Origin: Vicugna vicugna
Lineage: Eukaryota
DNA: 36,053 nucleotides
Direction: 5' to 3'
NCBI GenBank assembly: GCA_013265495.1
Contig: MU058768.1
Location: 1 to 36,053 of the forward strand
Positions 23,630 through 36,053 of this stretch are shown here, piece by piece; within the stretch, counting starts at the first letter, position 1; every line of letters starts with the position of its first letter. The position numbers and the translations under genes were made by a program. The notes beneath the pieces are model-generated. The model made no database searches. It saw only the letters and a program-made list of their open reading frames with translations, and was not told where the DNA came from.

Positions 23630-24614
23630 GGTTTTAGGGAAAGCTTGTGAAAATGTGTACACGTGTCTACATGAAAATATTCCTTTTATAGAGCATGAAA
23701 GATTAGTAATCCACATGCTCTCAACTCAGGAATGCATGTTTGTCGAATCCGTCATATAAGTAGCATGCACGGATCAAGGAATATCATGTAGACGGAATAT
23801 ATTCAAATTAGATATCTCCAGGTTAGAATTTGCTCCAAGAGGTTTTTTGTGGGATCAAAGTGTGATTCTTGAAACTGGTGATAGGAAGAAACTACGAAGT
23901 CAAATTAAATATTTCAAAGTACATAGGTAACTTGTTTGTTGGTTGAAATATCAGTCATGCGCATGTTCACAACTCAGAAATTCAAGTTTGAGGAATCCGT
24001 GATGCATGAATCATGTTCGTAATACGTAATGCCATGGTTATGTAAACAATATAAATTACATGTGTATTGGTGAGAATTCGCTCAAAGAGTGATTTCTGGT
24101 GCCATATGTCCGTTTAGGAAAAGGTTTTAGGGAAAGATTGTGAAAATGTGTACACGTGTCTAGATGAAAATATTACTTTTATAGAGGAGGAAAGATTAGT
24201 AATCCACATGCCCTCAACTCAGGAATGCATGTTTGTCGAATCCGTCATATAAGTAGCATGCACGGATCAAGGAATATCATGTAGACGGAATATATTCAAA
24301 TTAGATATCTCCAGGTTAGAATTTGCTCCAAGAGGTTTTTTGTGGGATCAAAGTGTGATTCTTGAAACTGGTGATAGGAAGAAACTACGAAGTCAAATTA
24401 AATATTTCAAAGTACATAGGTAACTTGTTTGTTGGTTGAAATATCAGTCATGCGCATGTTCACAACTCAGAAATTCAAGTTTGAGGAATCCGTGATGCAT
24501 GAATCATGTTCGTAATACGTAATGCCATGGTTATGTAAACAATATAAATTACATGTGTATTGGTGAGAATTCGCTCAAAGAGTGATTTCTGGTGCCATAT
24601 GTCCGTTTAGGAAA
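23630..24614 (+). repeat. 493-bp-period tandem duplication creating a C/A chimeric monomer (23954-24198)
   Basis: C sequence ends at ...GTCCGTTTAGGAAAA (~24122) and continues with the A 3' half GGTTTTAGGGAAAG. B monomers at 23706 and 24199 and the following C 5' portions appear near-identical. Confidence 0.9.
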
Positions 24615-27600
24615 TGATGATAGGAAAAACCTATGAAGTCAGAGTTAATATTACTAACTCTATACACGGTTTGTTTGGTGGTTGAATGGCCAGTAATCCA
24701 CATGCTGACAAGTTAGAAATGCATGATTGCCGAATCCGTCATGCATGTAGCATGTACGGAACCCAGAATTCCATGTTGATGGAATTCATGTAAATTACAT
24801 ATCTGTTAGGTGGAAATCGCTCACGAACTATCTTTCTGTGAAAAATGCACGAATTCGAACCTGGAGTTAGGGAAAGCTTGTGAAAATGTGTACACGTGTC
24901 TAGATGAAAATATTACTTTTATATAGGGTGAAAGATTGGTAATCCAGATGACCTCAACTCAGGAATGTATATTTGTCGAATCCATCATATATGTAGCATG
25001 CACGAAACACGGAATATCATGTAGACGGAATCTATTCAAATTACATATCTCTAGGGTAGAATTCGCTCCAAGAGGGTTTTTGTGGGATTAAAGTGTGATT
25101 CTTGAATCTGGTGATAGGAAGAAGCAACGAAGTCAAAGTAAATATTTCAGAGTGCATATGTAACACGTTTGGTGGTTGAAATATCAGTCATGCGCAATTT
25201 TACAACTCAGAAATTCATGTTTGAGGAATCCGTGATGCATGAAACATGTACGGAATACGGAATGCCATGGTTATTCAAACAATGTAAATTACATGTGTAT
25301 TGGTGAGAATTCGTTCAAAGAGTGTTTTCTGGTGCCAAATGCCCGATTTTAGAACCTGGTGATAGAAAAATTTATGAAGTCAGAGTAAATATTTCTAAGT
25401 GTATATATGCCTTGTTTGGTGGATGAAAGGTCAATAATTCACATGCTCACAAGTCAGAAACGCATGATTGCCGCATCCGTCATACATGTAGCATGTACAG
25501 AAACCGGAATGCCATGTTGTTGGAATTCATGTAAATTACATATCTGTTAGGTGGAAATCGCTCCAGAACTATTTTTCTGTGAAAAAAGTTCGAATTCAAA
25601 ACTGGTTTTAGGGAAAGCTTGTAAAAATGTGTACACGTGTCTAGATGAAATTATTCCTTTTATAGAGTATGAAAGATTAGTAATCCACATGCTCTCAACT
25701 CAGGAATGCATGTTTGTCAAATCTGTCATGTATGTAGCCTGTAATGAACACGGAATATCATGTAGATGGATCTATTCAAATTATATATCTCAAGGGGAGA
25801 ATTCGCTCCAAGAGGGTCTTTCTGGCATCAAAGTGTGATTCTTGAAACTGGTGATAGGCATAAGCTACGAAGTCAAAATAAATTCTTCAAAGTGCATAGG
25901 TAACTTGTTTGGTGGTTGAAACATCAGTCATGGGCATGTTCACAACTCAGAAATTCAAGTTTGAGGAATTCGTGCTGCATGAATCATGTTCGTAATACGG
26001 AATGCCATGGGTATGTAAACAATGTAAATTATATGTGTAATGGTGAGAATTTGCTCAAAGAGTTATTTCTGGTGACAAATGTCCGATTTTAGAACCTGGT
26101 GATAGGAGAAAACTATTTAGTAAGGGAAAATATTTCTAAGTGTATACACGCCTTGTTTACTGGATGAAAGGGCAGTAATCCACATGCTCACAAGTCAGAA
26201 ATGCATGATTGCCGAATCCGTTATGCATGTATCATGTACGGAACCCGGAATTCCATGTTGATGGAATTCATGTAAATTAAATTCCTATGAGGTGGAAATC
26301 GCTCCAGAATAATTTTTCTCTGAAAAATGCACGAATTCGAACCTGGTGTTAGGGAAATCTTGTGAAAATGTGTACACGTGTCTAGTAGAAAATACTCCTT
26401 TTATAGAGAATGAAAGATTGGTAAACCAGATGACCACAACTCAGGAATGTATGTTTGTCGAATCCGTCATATATGTGGCATGCACGAAACACGGAATATC
26501 ATGCAGATGGAATGTATTCAAATTACATTTTTCTATGGAAGAATTCGCTCCAAGAGGGTTTTTATGGGATCAAATTTGATTCATGAAACTGGTGATAGGA
26601 AGAAGTTACAAAGTCAAAGTAAATATATAAGAGTGAATAGTTAACATGTTTGGTGGTTGAAACATCAGTCATGCGCATGTTCACAACTCAGAAATTTATG
26701 TTTGAAGAATCCATGTTGCATGAAACATGTTCGAAATACGCAATGCCATGGTTATGAAAACAATGTAAATTACAAGTGTATTGGTGAGAATTAGCTCAAA
26801 GAGCGCTTTCTAGTGCCAAATTTCCGATTTTAGAATCTGGTGGTAGGAAAATCCTATGAAGTCAGAGTAAATATTTCTAAGTTTATATACGCCTTGTTCA
26901 GAGGATGAAAGGTCAGTAACACACATGCTCACAAGTCAGAAACGCATGATTGCCAAATCCGTCATACATGTAGCATGTACGGAACCCAGAATGCCATGTT
27001 GATGGAATTCAAGTAAATTGCATATCTGTTAGGTGGAAATCGCTCCAGAACTATTTTTCTGTGAAAAAAGCATGAATTAAAACCTGGAGTTAGGGAAAGT
27101 TTGTGAAAATGTGTACACGTGTCTAGATGAATATATTAGTTTTATAGAGGATGAAAAATTAGTAATCCACATGCTCTCAACTCAGGAATGCATGTTTGTC
27201 AACTTCGTAATTTATGTAGAATATAAGGAACACGGAATTACTTGTAGATGGAATCTAATCAAATTAAATATCTCTAGGGAAGAATTCACTCCAAGAGGGT
27301 TTTCCTGGGATCAAAGAGGGATTCTTGAAAGTGGTGATATTCAGAAGCTACGAAGTCAAAATAAATATTTCAAAGTGCACATGTAACTTGTTTGTTGGTT
27401 GAAATATCAGTCATGCGCATGTTCACAACTCAGAAATTCAAGTTATAGGAATCCGTGATGCATGAAACATGTTCATAATACGGAATGCCATGGTTATTTA
27501 AACAATGTAAATTACATTTGTATTGGTGAGAATTCGCTCAAAGAGTGTTTTCTGGTGCCAAATGTCCGATTTTAAAACCTGGTGATAGGAAAATCCTACG

Positions 27601-28151
27601 AAGTCAGAGTAAAAATTTCTAAGTCTATATACGCCTTGTTTGGTGGATGAAAGTTTAGTAATTAACATGCTCACAAGACAGAAACCCATGATTGCCGAAT
27701 TCTTCATGCATGTAGCATGTACGGAACCCGGAATGCCATGTTCATGGAATTCATGTAAATTACATATCTGTTAGTAGGAAATCGCTCCACATCATTTCTT
27801 CTGTGAAAAATGCACGAATTAGAACCTGGTGTTAGGGAAAGCTTGTGAAAATGTGTACACATGTCTAGATGAAAATATTCCTTTAATAGAGGATGAAAGA
27901 TTAGTAATCCAGATGCAGTCAACTCTGGAATGCTTTTTTGTCGAATCCGTCATGTATGTAGCATGTATGGAACACGGAATATCATGTAGATGGAATCTAT
28001 TCAAATTACATATCTCCAGGTTAGAATTCGCTCCAACAGATTTTTTGTGGGATCAAAGTGTGATTCTTGAAACTGGTGATAGGAAGAATCTACAAAGTCA
28101 AATTAAATATTTCAGAGTGCATAGGTAACTTGTTTGGTGTTTGAAACATCA

Positions 28152-29633
28152 GTCATGCGCATGTTCACAACTCAGAAATGCATGTTTGAGGAATCCGTGA
28201 TGCATGAAACATGTTCATAATACAGAATTCCATGGTTATGTAAACAATGTAAATTACATGTGTATTGGTGAGAATTCGCTCAAAGAGAGTTTTCTGGTGC
28301 CAAATGTCCGATTTTAGAACCTGGTGATAGGAGAAATCTATTTAGTCAGGGAAATTATTTCTAAGTCTATACACGACTTGATTGGTGGATGAAAGGTCAG
28401 TAATCCACATGCTCACAAGTCAGAAACGCATGATTGCCGAATCCGTTATGCATGTAGCATGTACGGAACCCGGAATGCCATGTTGATGGAATTCATCTAA
28501 ATTAAATACCTATGAGTTGGAAATCATTCCAGAACTATTTTTCTGTGAAAAATGCACGAATTCGGACCTAGTGTTAGGGAAAGCTTGTGAAAATGTGTAC
28601 AGGTGTCTAGATGAAAATATTCCTTTTATAGAGGATGAAAGATTTTTATCCAGAATAACTCAACTCAGGAATGTATGTTTACCGAATCCGTCATATATGT
28701 AGCATGCACGAAACACGGAATATCATATAGATCGGATCTATTCAAATTACATATATCAAGAGTAGGATTCCATCCAAGAGGGTTTTTGTGGGATCAAATT
28801 GTGATTCTTGAAACTGGTGATAGGAAGAAGCTACGAAGTCAAAGTAAATAATTCAGAGTGCATAGGTAACTTGTTTGGTGGTTGAAACATCAGTCATGCG
28901 CATGATCACAACTCAGAAATGCATGTTTGAGGAATCCTTGATGCATGAAACATGTTCATAATACAGAATTCCATGGTTATGTAAACAATGTAAATTACAT
29001 GTGTATTGGTGAGAATTCGCTCAAAGAGAGTTTTCTGGTGCCAAATGTCCGATTTTAGAACCTGGTGATAGGAGAAATCTATTTAGTCAGGGAAATTATT
29101 TCTAAGTCTATACACGACTTGATTGGTGGATGAAAGGTCAGTAATCCACATGCTCACAAGTCAGAAACGCATGATTGCCGAATCCGTTATGCATGTAGCA
29201 TGTACGGAACCCGGAATGCCATGTTGATGGAATTCATCTAAATTAAATACCTATGAGTTGGAAATCATTCCAGAACTATTTTTCTGTGAAAAATGCACGA
29301 ATTCGGACCTAGTGTTAGGGAAAGCTTGTGAAAATGTGTACAGGTGTCTAGATGAAAATATTCCTTTTATAGAGGATGAAAGATTTTTATCCAGAATAAC
29401 TCAACTCAGGAATGTATGTTTACCGAATCCGTCATATATGTAGCATGCACGAAACACGGAATATCATATAGATCGGATCTATTCAAATTACATATATCAA
29501 GAGTAGGATTCCATCCAAGAGGGTTTTTGTGGGATCAAATTGTGATTCTTGAAACTGGTGATAGGAAGAAGCTACGAAGTCAAAGTAAATAATTCAGAGT
29601 GCATAGGTAACTTGTTTGGTGGTTGAAACATCA
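28152..29633 (+). repeat. Recent tandem duplication of one full 741-bp HOR (28152-28892 / 28893-29633)
   Basis: Identical 61-aa ORF translations at 28517 and 29258 (offset 741). Only two mismatches were noticed by eye, both in the C monomer (GTTCAC/GATCAC and CCGTG/CCTTG). Confidence 0.93.
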
Positions 29634-30840
29634 GTCATGCGTAAGTTTACAACTCAGAAATTCATGTTTCAGGAATCAGTGTTGCATGAAACATGTTCGT
29701 AATACGGGATGCCATGGTTATGTAAACAATGTAAATTACATGTGTATTGGTGAGAATTCGCTCAAAGAGTGTTTTCTGGCCCCAAATGTCCGATTTTATA
29801 ACCTGTTGGTAGAAAAACCTATAAAGTCAGAGTATATGTTTCTAAGTGTATATACGACTTGTTGGTGGATGAAAGGTCAGTAATCCACATGCTCACAAGT
29901 CAGCAACACATGATTGCCGAATCCGTCATACATGTAGCATGTACGGAAACCGGAATACCATGTTGTTGAATTCATGTAAACTACATATCTGTTAGGTGGA
30001 AATCGCTCTAGAAAAATTTTTCTGTGACAAATGCACGAATTCGAACCTGGTGTTAGGGAAAGCTTGTTAAAATGTGTACACGTGTCTAGATGAAAGTATT
30101 CCATTTATAGAGAATGAAAGATTGGTAATCCAGATGACCTCTACTCAGGAATGTAGTTTGTCGAATCCGTCATATAGGTAGCATGCACGAAACACAGAAT
30201 ATCATGTAGATGGAATCTATTCAAATTATATATCTCTAGGGTAGAATTCGCTCCAAGAGTGTATTTCTGGGATCAAAGTGTGATTCTTGAAAGTGGTGAT
30301 AGGCAGAAGCTACGAAGTCAAAATAAATATTTCAAAGTGCATATGTAACTTTTTGGTGGTTGAAACATCAGTCATGCACATGTTCACAACTCAGAAATGC
30401 ATGTTTGAGGAATCCGTGATGCATGAAACATGTTCGTAATACGGAATTCCATGGTTATGTAAACAATGTAAATTACATGTGTATTGGTGAGAATTCGCTC
30501 AAAGAGTGTTTTCTGGTGCCAGATGTCCGATTTAATAACCTGGTGATGGGAAAAACCTATGAAGTCACAGTAAATATTTCTAAGTTTTTATACGCCTTGT
30601 TCGGAGGATGAAAGGTCAGTAACGCACATGCTCACAAGTCAGAAACGCATGATTGCCTGATCCGTCATACATGTAGCATGTACGGAACCCAGAATGCCAT
30701 GTTGTTGGATTTCATGTAAATTACATATCTGTTAGGTGGAAATCGCTCCAGAACTATTTTTCTGTGAAAAAAGCACGAATTCGAAACTGGTGTTATGGAA
30801 AGCTTGTGAAAATGTGTACACGTGTCTAGATGAAAATATT

Positions 30841-31205
30841 NNNNNNNNNNNNNNNNNNNNNNNNNNNNNNNNNNNNNNNNNNNNNNNNNNNNNNNNNNNN
30901 NNNNNNNNNNNNNNNNNNNNNNNNNNNNNNNNNNNNNNNNNNNNNNNNNNNNNNNNNNNNNNNNNNNNNNNNNNNNNNNNNNNNNNNNNNNNNNNNNNNN
31001 NNNNNNNNNNNNNNNNNNNNNNNNNNNNNNNNNNNNNNNNNNNNNNNNNNNNNNNNNNNNNNNNNNNNNNNNNNNNNNNNNNNNNNNNNNNNNNNNNNNN
31101 NNNNNNNNNNNNNNNNNNNNNNNNNNNNNNNNNNNNNNNNNNNNNNNNNNNNNNNNNNNNNNNNNNNNNNNNNNNNNNNNNNNNNNNNNNNNNNNNNNNN
31201 NNNNN
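30841..31205. other. Assembly gap (365 N)
   Basis: Run of N from the end of an A monomer to mid-C. The consensus predicts ~380 bp (A tail + B + C head), so the HOR phase is approximately conserved. Confidence 0.99.
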
Positions 31206-31344
31206 GTGTATTGGTGAGAATTCGCTCAAAGAGTGATTTCTGGTGCCAAATGTCCGATTTTTGAACCTGGTTATAGAAAAAACCTACGAAGTCAGAGTAA
31301 ATATTTCCAAGTCTATATACGCCTTATTTGTTGATGAAAGGTCA

Positions 31345-31592
31345 GTAATCCACATGCTCACAAGTCAGAAACGCATGATTTCCGAATCCGTCATTTATGT
31401 AGCATTTATTGAACACGGAATATCATGTAGATGGAATCTATTCAAATTACATATCTCAAGGGAAGAATTCGCTCCAAGAGGGTTTTTCTGGGATTAAATT
31501 GTGATTCTTGAAACTGGTGATAGGAAGAATCTAAGAAGTCAATTTAAATATTTCAGAGTGCATATGTAACACTTTTGGTGGTTGAAACATCA
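31345..31592 (+). repeat. A/B chimeric monomer
   Basis: A-type start CTCACAAGTCAGAAACGCATGATTTCCG, then B-type GAACACGGAATATCATGTAGATGGAATCTATTC. C follows at 31593. Confidence 0.88.
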
Positions 31593-34500
31593 GTCATGCG
31601 CAATTTGACATCTCAGAAATTCATGTTTCAGGAATCTGTGATGCATGAAACATGTTCGGAATACGGAATGCCATGGTTGGTCAAACAATGTAAATTACAT
31701 GTGTATTGGTGAGAATTTGCTCAAAGAGTTATTTCTTGTGCCAAATGTCCGATTTTAGAAACTGGTGATAGGAGAAAACTATTTAGTCAGGGAAAATATT
31801 TCTAAGTCTATACACGCCTTGTTTGGTGGATGAAAGGACAGTAATCCACATGCTCACAAGTCAGAAACTCATGATTGCTGAATACGTTATGCATTTAGCA
31901 TGTACGGAACCCGGAATGCCATGTTGTTGGAATTCATGTAAATTACATATCTGTTAGGTGGAAATCGCTCCAGAACTATTTTTCTGTGAAAAAAGCACGA
32001 ATTCGAAACTGGTGTTATGGAAAGCTTGTGAAAATGTGTACACGTGTCTAGATGAAAATATTCCTTTTATACAGGATGAAAGATTAGTAATCCACATGCT
32101 CTCAACTCAGGAATGCATGTTTGTCAAATCCGTCATGTATGTAGCATATAAGAAACACGGAATTTCTTGTAGATGGAATGAATTCAAATTACATATCTCT
32201 AGGGTAGAATTCGCTCCAAGAGGGTTTTTCTGGGATCAAAGTGTGATTCTTGAAACTGGTGATATTCAGAAGCTACGAAGTCAAAATAAATATTTCAAAG
32301 TGCATAGGTAATTTGTTTGTTGGTTGAAATATCTGACATGCGCATGTTCACAACTCAGACATTCAAGTTTGAGGAATCCGTGATGCATGAAACATGTTCG
32401 TAATACGGAATGCCATGGTTATGTAAACAATATAACTTACATGTGTATTGGTGAGAATTTGCTGAAAGAGTTATTTCTGGTGCCAAAATTCCGATTTTAG
32501 AACCTGGTGATAGGAGAAACCTATTTAGTCAGGGAAAAAATTTCTAAGTCTGTACACGACTTGTTTGGTGGATGAAAGGCAGTAATCCACATGCTCACAA
32601 GTCAGAAACGCATGATTGCCGAATCCGTTATGCATGTAGCATGTACGGAACCCACAATGCCATGTTGATGGAATTCATCTAAATTAAATACCTATGAGGT
32701 GGAAATAGTTCCAGAACTATTTTTCTGTGAAAAATGCACGAATTCGGACCTAGTGTTAGGGAAAGCTTGTAAAATGTGTACACGTGTCTAGACGAAAATA
32801 TTCCTTTTATATAGGATGAAAGATTGGTAATCCAGATGAACTCAACTCAGGAATGTATGTTTGTCGAATCCATCATAAATGTAGCATGCACGAAACACGG
32901 AATATCATGTTGATGGAATCTATTCAAATTACATATCTCTAGGGTAGAATTCGCTCCAAGAGGTTTTTTGTGGGATTAAAGTTTGATTCTTGAAACTGGT
33001 GATAGGCAGAAGCTACGAAGTCAATATAAATATTTCAAAGGGGATAGGTAACTTGTTTGGTGTTTGAAACATCAGTCATGCGCATATTTACAACTGAGAA
33101 ATTCAAGTTTGAGGAATTCGTGATGCATGAATCAGGTTCGTAATACGGAATGCCATGGTTATGTAAACAATGTAAATTACATGTGTATTGGTGAGAATTC
33201 GCTCAAAGAGTGATTTATGGTGCCAAATATCCGTTTAGAACCTGGTGATAGGAAAACCTATGAAGTCAGAGTAAATATTTCTAAGTCTATACACGGATTG
33301 TTTGGTGGATGAATGGTCAGTAATCCACATGCTGACAAGTCAGAAACGCATGATTGCCGAATCCGTCATTCATGTAGCATGTACGGAACCCAGAATGCCA
33401 TGTTGATGGAATTCATGTAAATTACATATCTGTTAGGTGGAAATCGCTCCAGAACAATTTTTTCTGTGAAAAAACACGAATTCGAACCTGGAGTTAGGGA
33501 AATCTTGTGAAAATGTGTACACGTGTCTAGATGAAAATATTACTTTTATATAGAATGAAAGATTGTTAATCCAGATGACCTCAACTCAGGAATGTATGTT
33601 TGTCGAATCCATCATATATGTAGCATGCACGAAACACTGAATATCATGTAGACGGAATGTATTCAAATTACGTATCTCTAGGGTAGAATTCGCTCCAAGA
33701 GGGTTTTTGTGGGATGAAAGTGTGATTCTTGAAACTACTGATAGGAAGAAGCTACGAAGTCAAAATAAATATTTTAGAGGTCATAGGTAACTTGTTTGGT
33801 GGTTGACACATCTGTCATGCGTAAGTTTACATCTCAGAAATTCATGTTTCAGGAATCAGTGTTGCATGAAACATGTTCGTAATACGGAATGCCATGATTA
33901 TGTAAACAATGTAAATTACATGTGTACTGGTGAGAATTCGCTCAAAGAGTGTTTTCTGGTCCCAAATGTCCGATTTTAGAACATGGTGATAGAAAAATCT
34001 ATAAAGTCAGAGTAAATGTTTCTAAGTGTATATATGCCTTGTTTGGTGGATGAAAGGTCAGTAATCCACATGCTCACAAGTCAGCAACACATGATTACCG
34101 AATCCGTCATACATGTAGCATGTACGGAACCCGGAATGCCATGTTGTTGAATTCATGTAAATTACATATCTGTTAGGTGGAAATCGCTCAAAACTATGTT
34201 TCTGTTAAAAAAAGCACGAATTCGAATCAGGTGTTAGGGTTGTGAAAATGTGTACACATGTCTAGATGAAAATATTACTTTTATAGAGGAAGAAAGATTA
34301 GTAATCCACATGCTCTCAACTCAGGAATGCATGTTTGTCAAATCTGTCATGTATGTAGCATGTACGGAACACCGAATACCATGTAGATGGAGAATATTAA
34401 ATTACATATCTCTAGGGTAGATTTCGCTCCAAGAGTGTTTTTCTGCTATCAAATTGTGATTCTTGAATCTGGTGATAGGAAGAAGCTACGAAGTCAAAGT

Positions 34501-36053
34501 AAATATTTCAGAGTGCATATTTAACATGTTTGGTCGTTGAAACTTCAGTCATGCGCATATATACAACTCAGAAATTCACGTTTTTGGAATCCTTGATGCA
34601 TGAAACTTGTTCGTAATGTGGAAAGCCATGGTTATGTAAACAATGAAAATTACATGTGTATTGGTGAGAATTCGCACAAAGAGTGATTTCCGGTGCCAAA
34701 TGTCCGATTTTAGAATCTGGTGAAAGGAAAAACCTATGAAGCCAGAGTAAATATTGCTAAGTGTATATACCCCTTTTTTGGTGGATGAAAGGTCAGTAAT
34801 CCACATGCTCACAAGTCAGAAACGAATGATTGCCGAATCCATCATGCATGTAGCATGTACGGAACCGGGAGTGCCATGTTGATGGAATTCATGTAAATTA
34901 AATTCCTATGAGGTGGAAATCGCTCCAGACCTATTTTTCTGTGAAAAATGCACAAATTCGAACCTGGTGTTAGGGAAAGCTTGTGAAAATGTGTACACGT
35001 GTCTAGATGAAAATATTCCTTTTATAGAGCAAGAAAGATTAGTAATCCACATGCTCTCAAATCAGGAATGCATGTTTGTCGAATCCGTCATCTAAGTAGT
35101 ATGCACGGATCACGAAATACCATGTAGACGGAATATATTCATATTACATATCTCCAGGTTAGAATTCGCTCCAAGAGGGTTTTTGTGGGATCAAAGTTTG
35201 ATTCTTGAAACTGGTGATAGGAAGAATCTACAAAGTCAATGTAAATATTTCAGAGTGCATAGTTAACTTGTTTGGTGGTTGAAACATCAGTCATGTGCAT
35301 GTTCACAACTCAGAAATTCAAGTTTGAGGAATCCGTGATGCATGAAACATGTTCATAATACAGAAATCCATGGTTATGTAAACAATGTAAATTACATGTG
35401 TATTGGTGAGAATTCGCTCAAAGTGTGTTTTCTGGTGCCAAATGTCCGATTTTAGTACCTGGTGATAGAAAAATCTATGAAGTCAGAGTAAATAATTCTA
35501 AGTGTATATACACATTGTTTGGTGGATGAAAGTTCTTTAATCCATATGCTCACAAGTCAGAAATTCATGATTGCCAAATCTGTCATACATGTAGCATGTA
35601 CGGTACCCGGAATGCCATGTTGTTGGAATTCATGTAAATTACATATCTGTTAGGAGGAAATCGCTCCATAACTATTTTTCTGTGAAAAAAGTACGAATTC
35701 GAAACTGGTTATAAGGAAAGCTTGTAAAAATGTGTACAGGTGTCCAGATGAAAATATTCCTTTTATAGAGTATGAAAGATTATTAAACCTCATGCTCTCA
35801 ACTCAGGAATGCATGTTTGTCAAATCTGTCATGTATGTAGCCAGTAAAGAACACGGAATATCTTGAAGATGGAATCTATTCAAATTACATATCTCTAGTG
35901 TAGAATTCGCTCCAAGAGGGTTTTTCTGGGATCAAAGTGTGATTCTAGAAACTGGTGATAGGCAGAAGCTTTGAAGTCAAATTAAATATTTAAGAGTGCA
36001 TAGTTAACATATTTGGTGTTTGAAACATCAGTCATGCGCATGTTCACAACTCA

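Larger units (their letters stand above)
1..36053 (+). repeat. Satellite DNA array: ~740-741-bp trimeric higher-order repeat (A-B-C) of ~247-bp monomers, head-to-tail, single orientation, running off both ends of the window
   Basis: A-monomer starts recur at 319, 1060, 1800, 2540, 3287, 4027, 4769, 5510 and later at 28400, 29141, 29880, 30619, mostly 739-742 bp apart. B and C starts fall ~246 and ~493 bp after each A. No non-repeat sequence and no inverted copies were seen. Confidence 0.98.

Noticed and set aside
29696..29710. CENP-B-box-like motif in monomer C (TTCGTAATACGG[A/G])
   Set aside because: The canonical box needs TTCG-N4-A-N2-CGGG. Here the 2-nt spacer is missing and most copies read CGGA, so the required spacing is not met.
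30732..31264. Longest ORFs (144-166 aa)
   Set aside because: They are open only because they run through the 365-N gap.
436..35095. Dozens of 60-117-aa ORFs with recurring peptides (MEIAPELFFCEK..., MWITNLSSSIK..., MKHVRNTECHG...)
   Set aside because: They are translations of the satellite monomers on both strands. Stops and frameshifts fall at different places in different copies, many begin at non-ATG codons, and I recognise no protein domain.
1..36053. CRISPR-like array of regularly spaced conserved motifs
   Set aside because: The sequence between motifs is itself repeated, so there are no unique spacers. The period (247/740 bp) is far too long and there are no cas genes.
1..36053. Embedded transposon, LTR, telomeric tract or rDNA spacer
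   Set aside because: No non-satellite insert, terminal repeats, target-site duplications, telomere motif runs or rRNA sequence were seen anywhere in the window.

Overview
The whole 36,053-bp window is one uninterrupted, unidirectional, AT-rich satellite DNA array, most plausibly from eukaryotic heterochromatin (centromeric, pericentromeric or subtelomeric; the organism cannot be determined). The basic unit is a ~740-741-bp higher-order repeat (HOR) made of three related ~245-248-bp monomer types in fixed order, here called A (starts GTAATCCACATGCTCACAAG), B (starts GTAATCCA[C/G]ATG-CCCTC/CTCTC/ACCTC-AACTCAG) and C (starts GTCATGCGCATG). There are roughly 145 monomers. The ABC order is broken by a nine-copy near-identical run of monomer A (5510-7714), four A/B chimeric monomers, one C/A chimera, several recent local duplications (471, 493 and 741 bp, plus a ~410-bp patch) and a ~4-kb paralogous block repeated ~14.0 kb downstream. 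There are two N gaps. I find no credible protein-coding gene, RNA gene, transposon or CRISPR array: all listed ORFs are chance reading frames of the repeat. Coordinates and identities were read by eye and may be off by a few bases.
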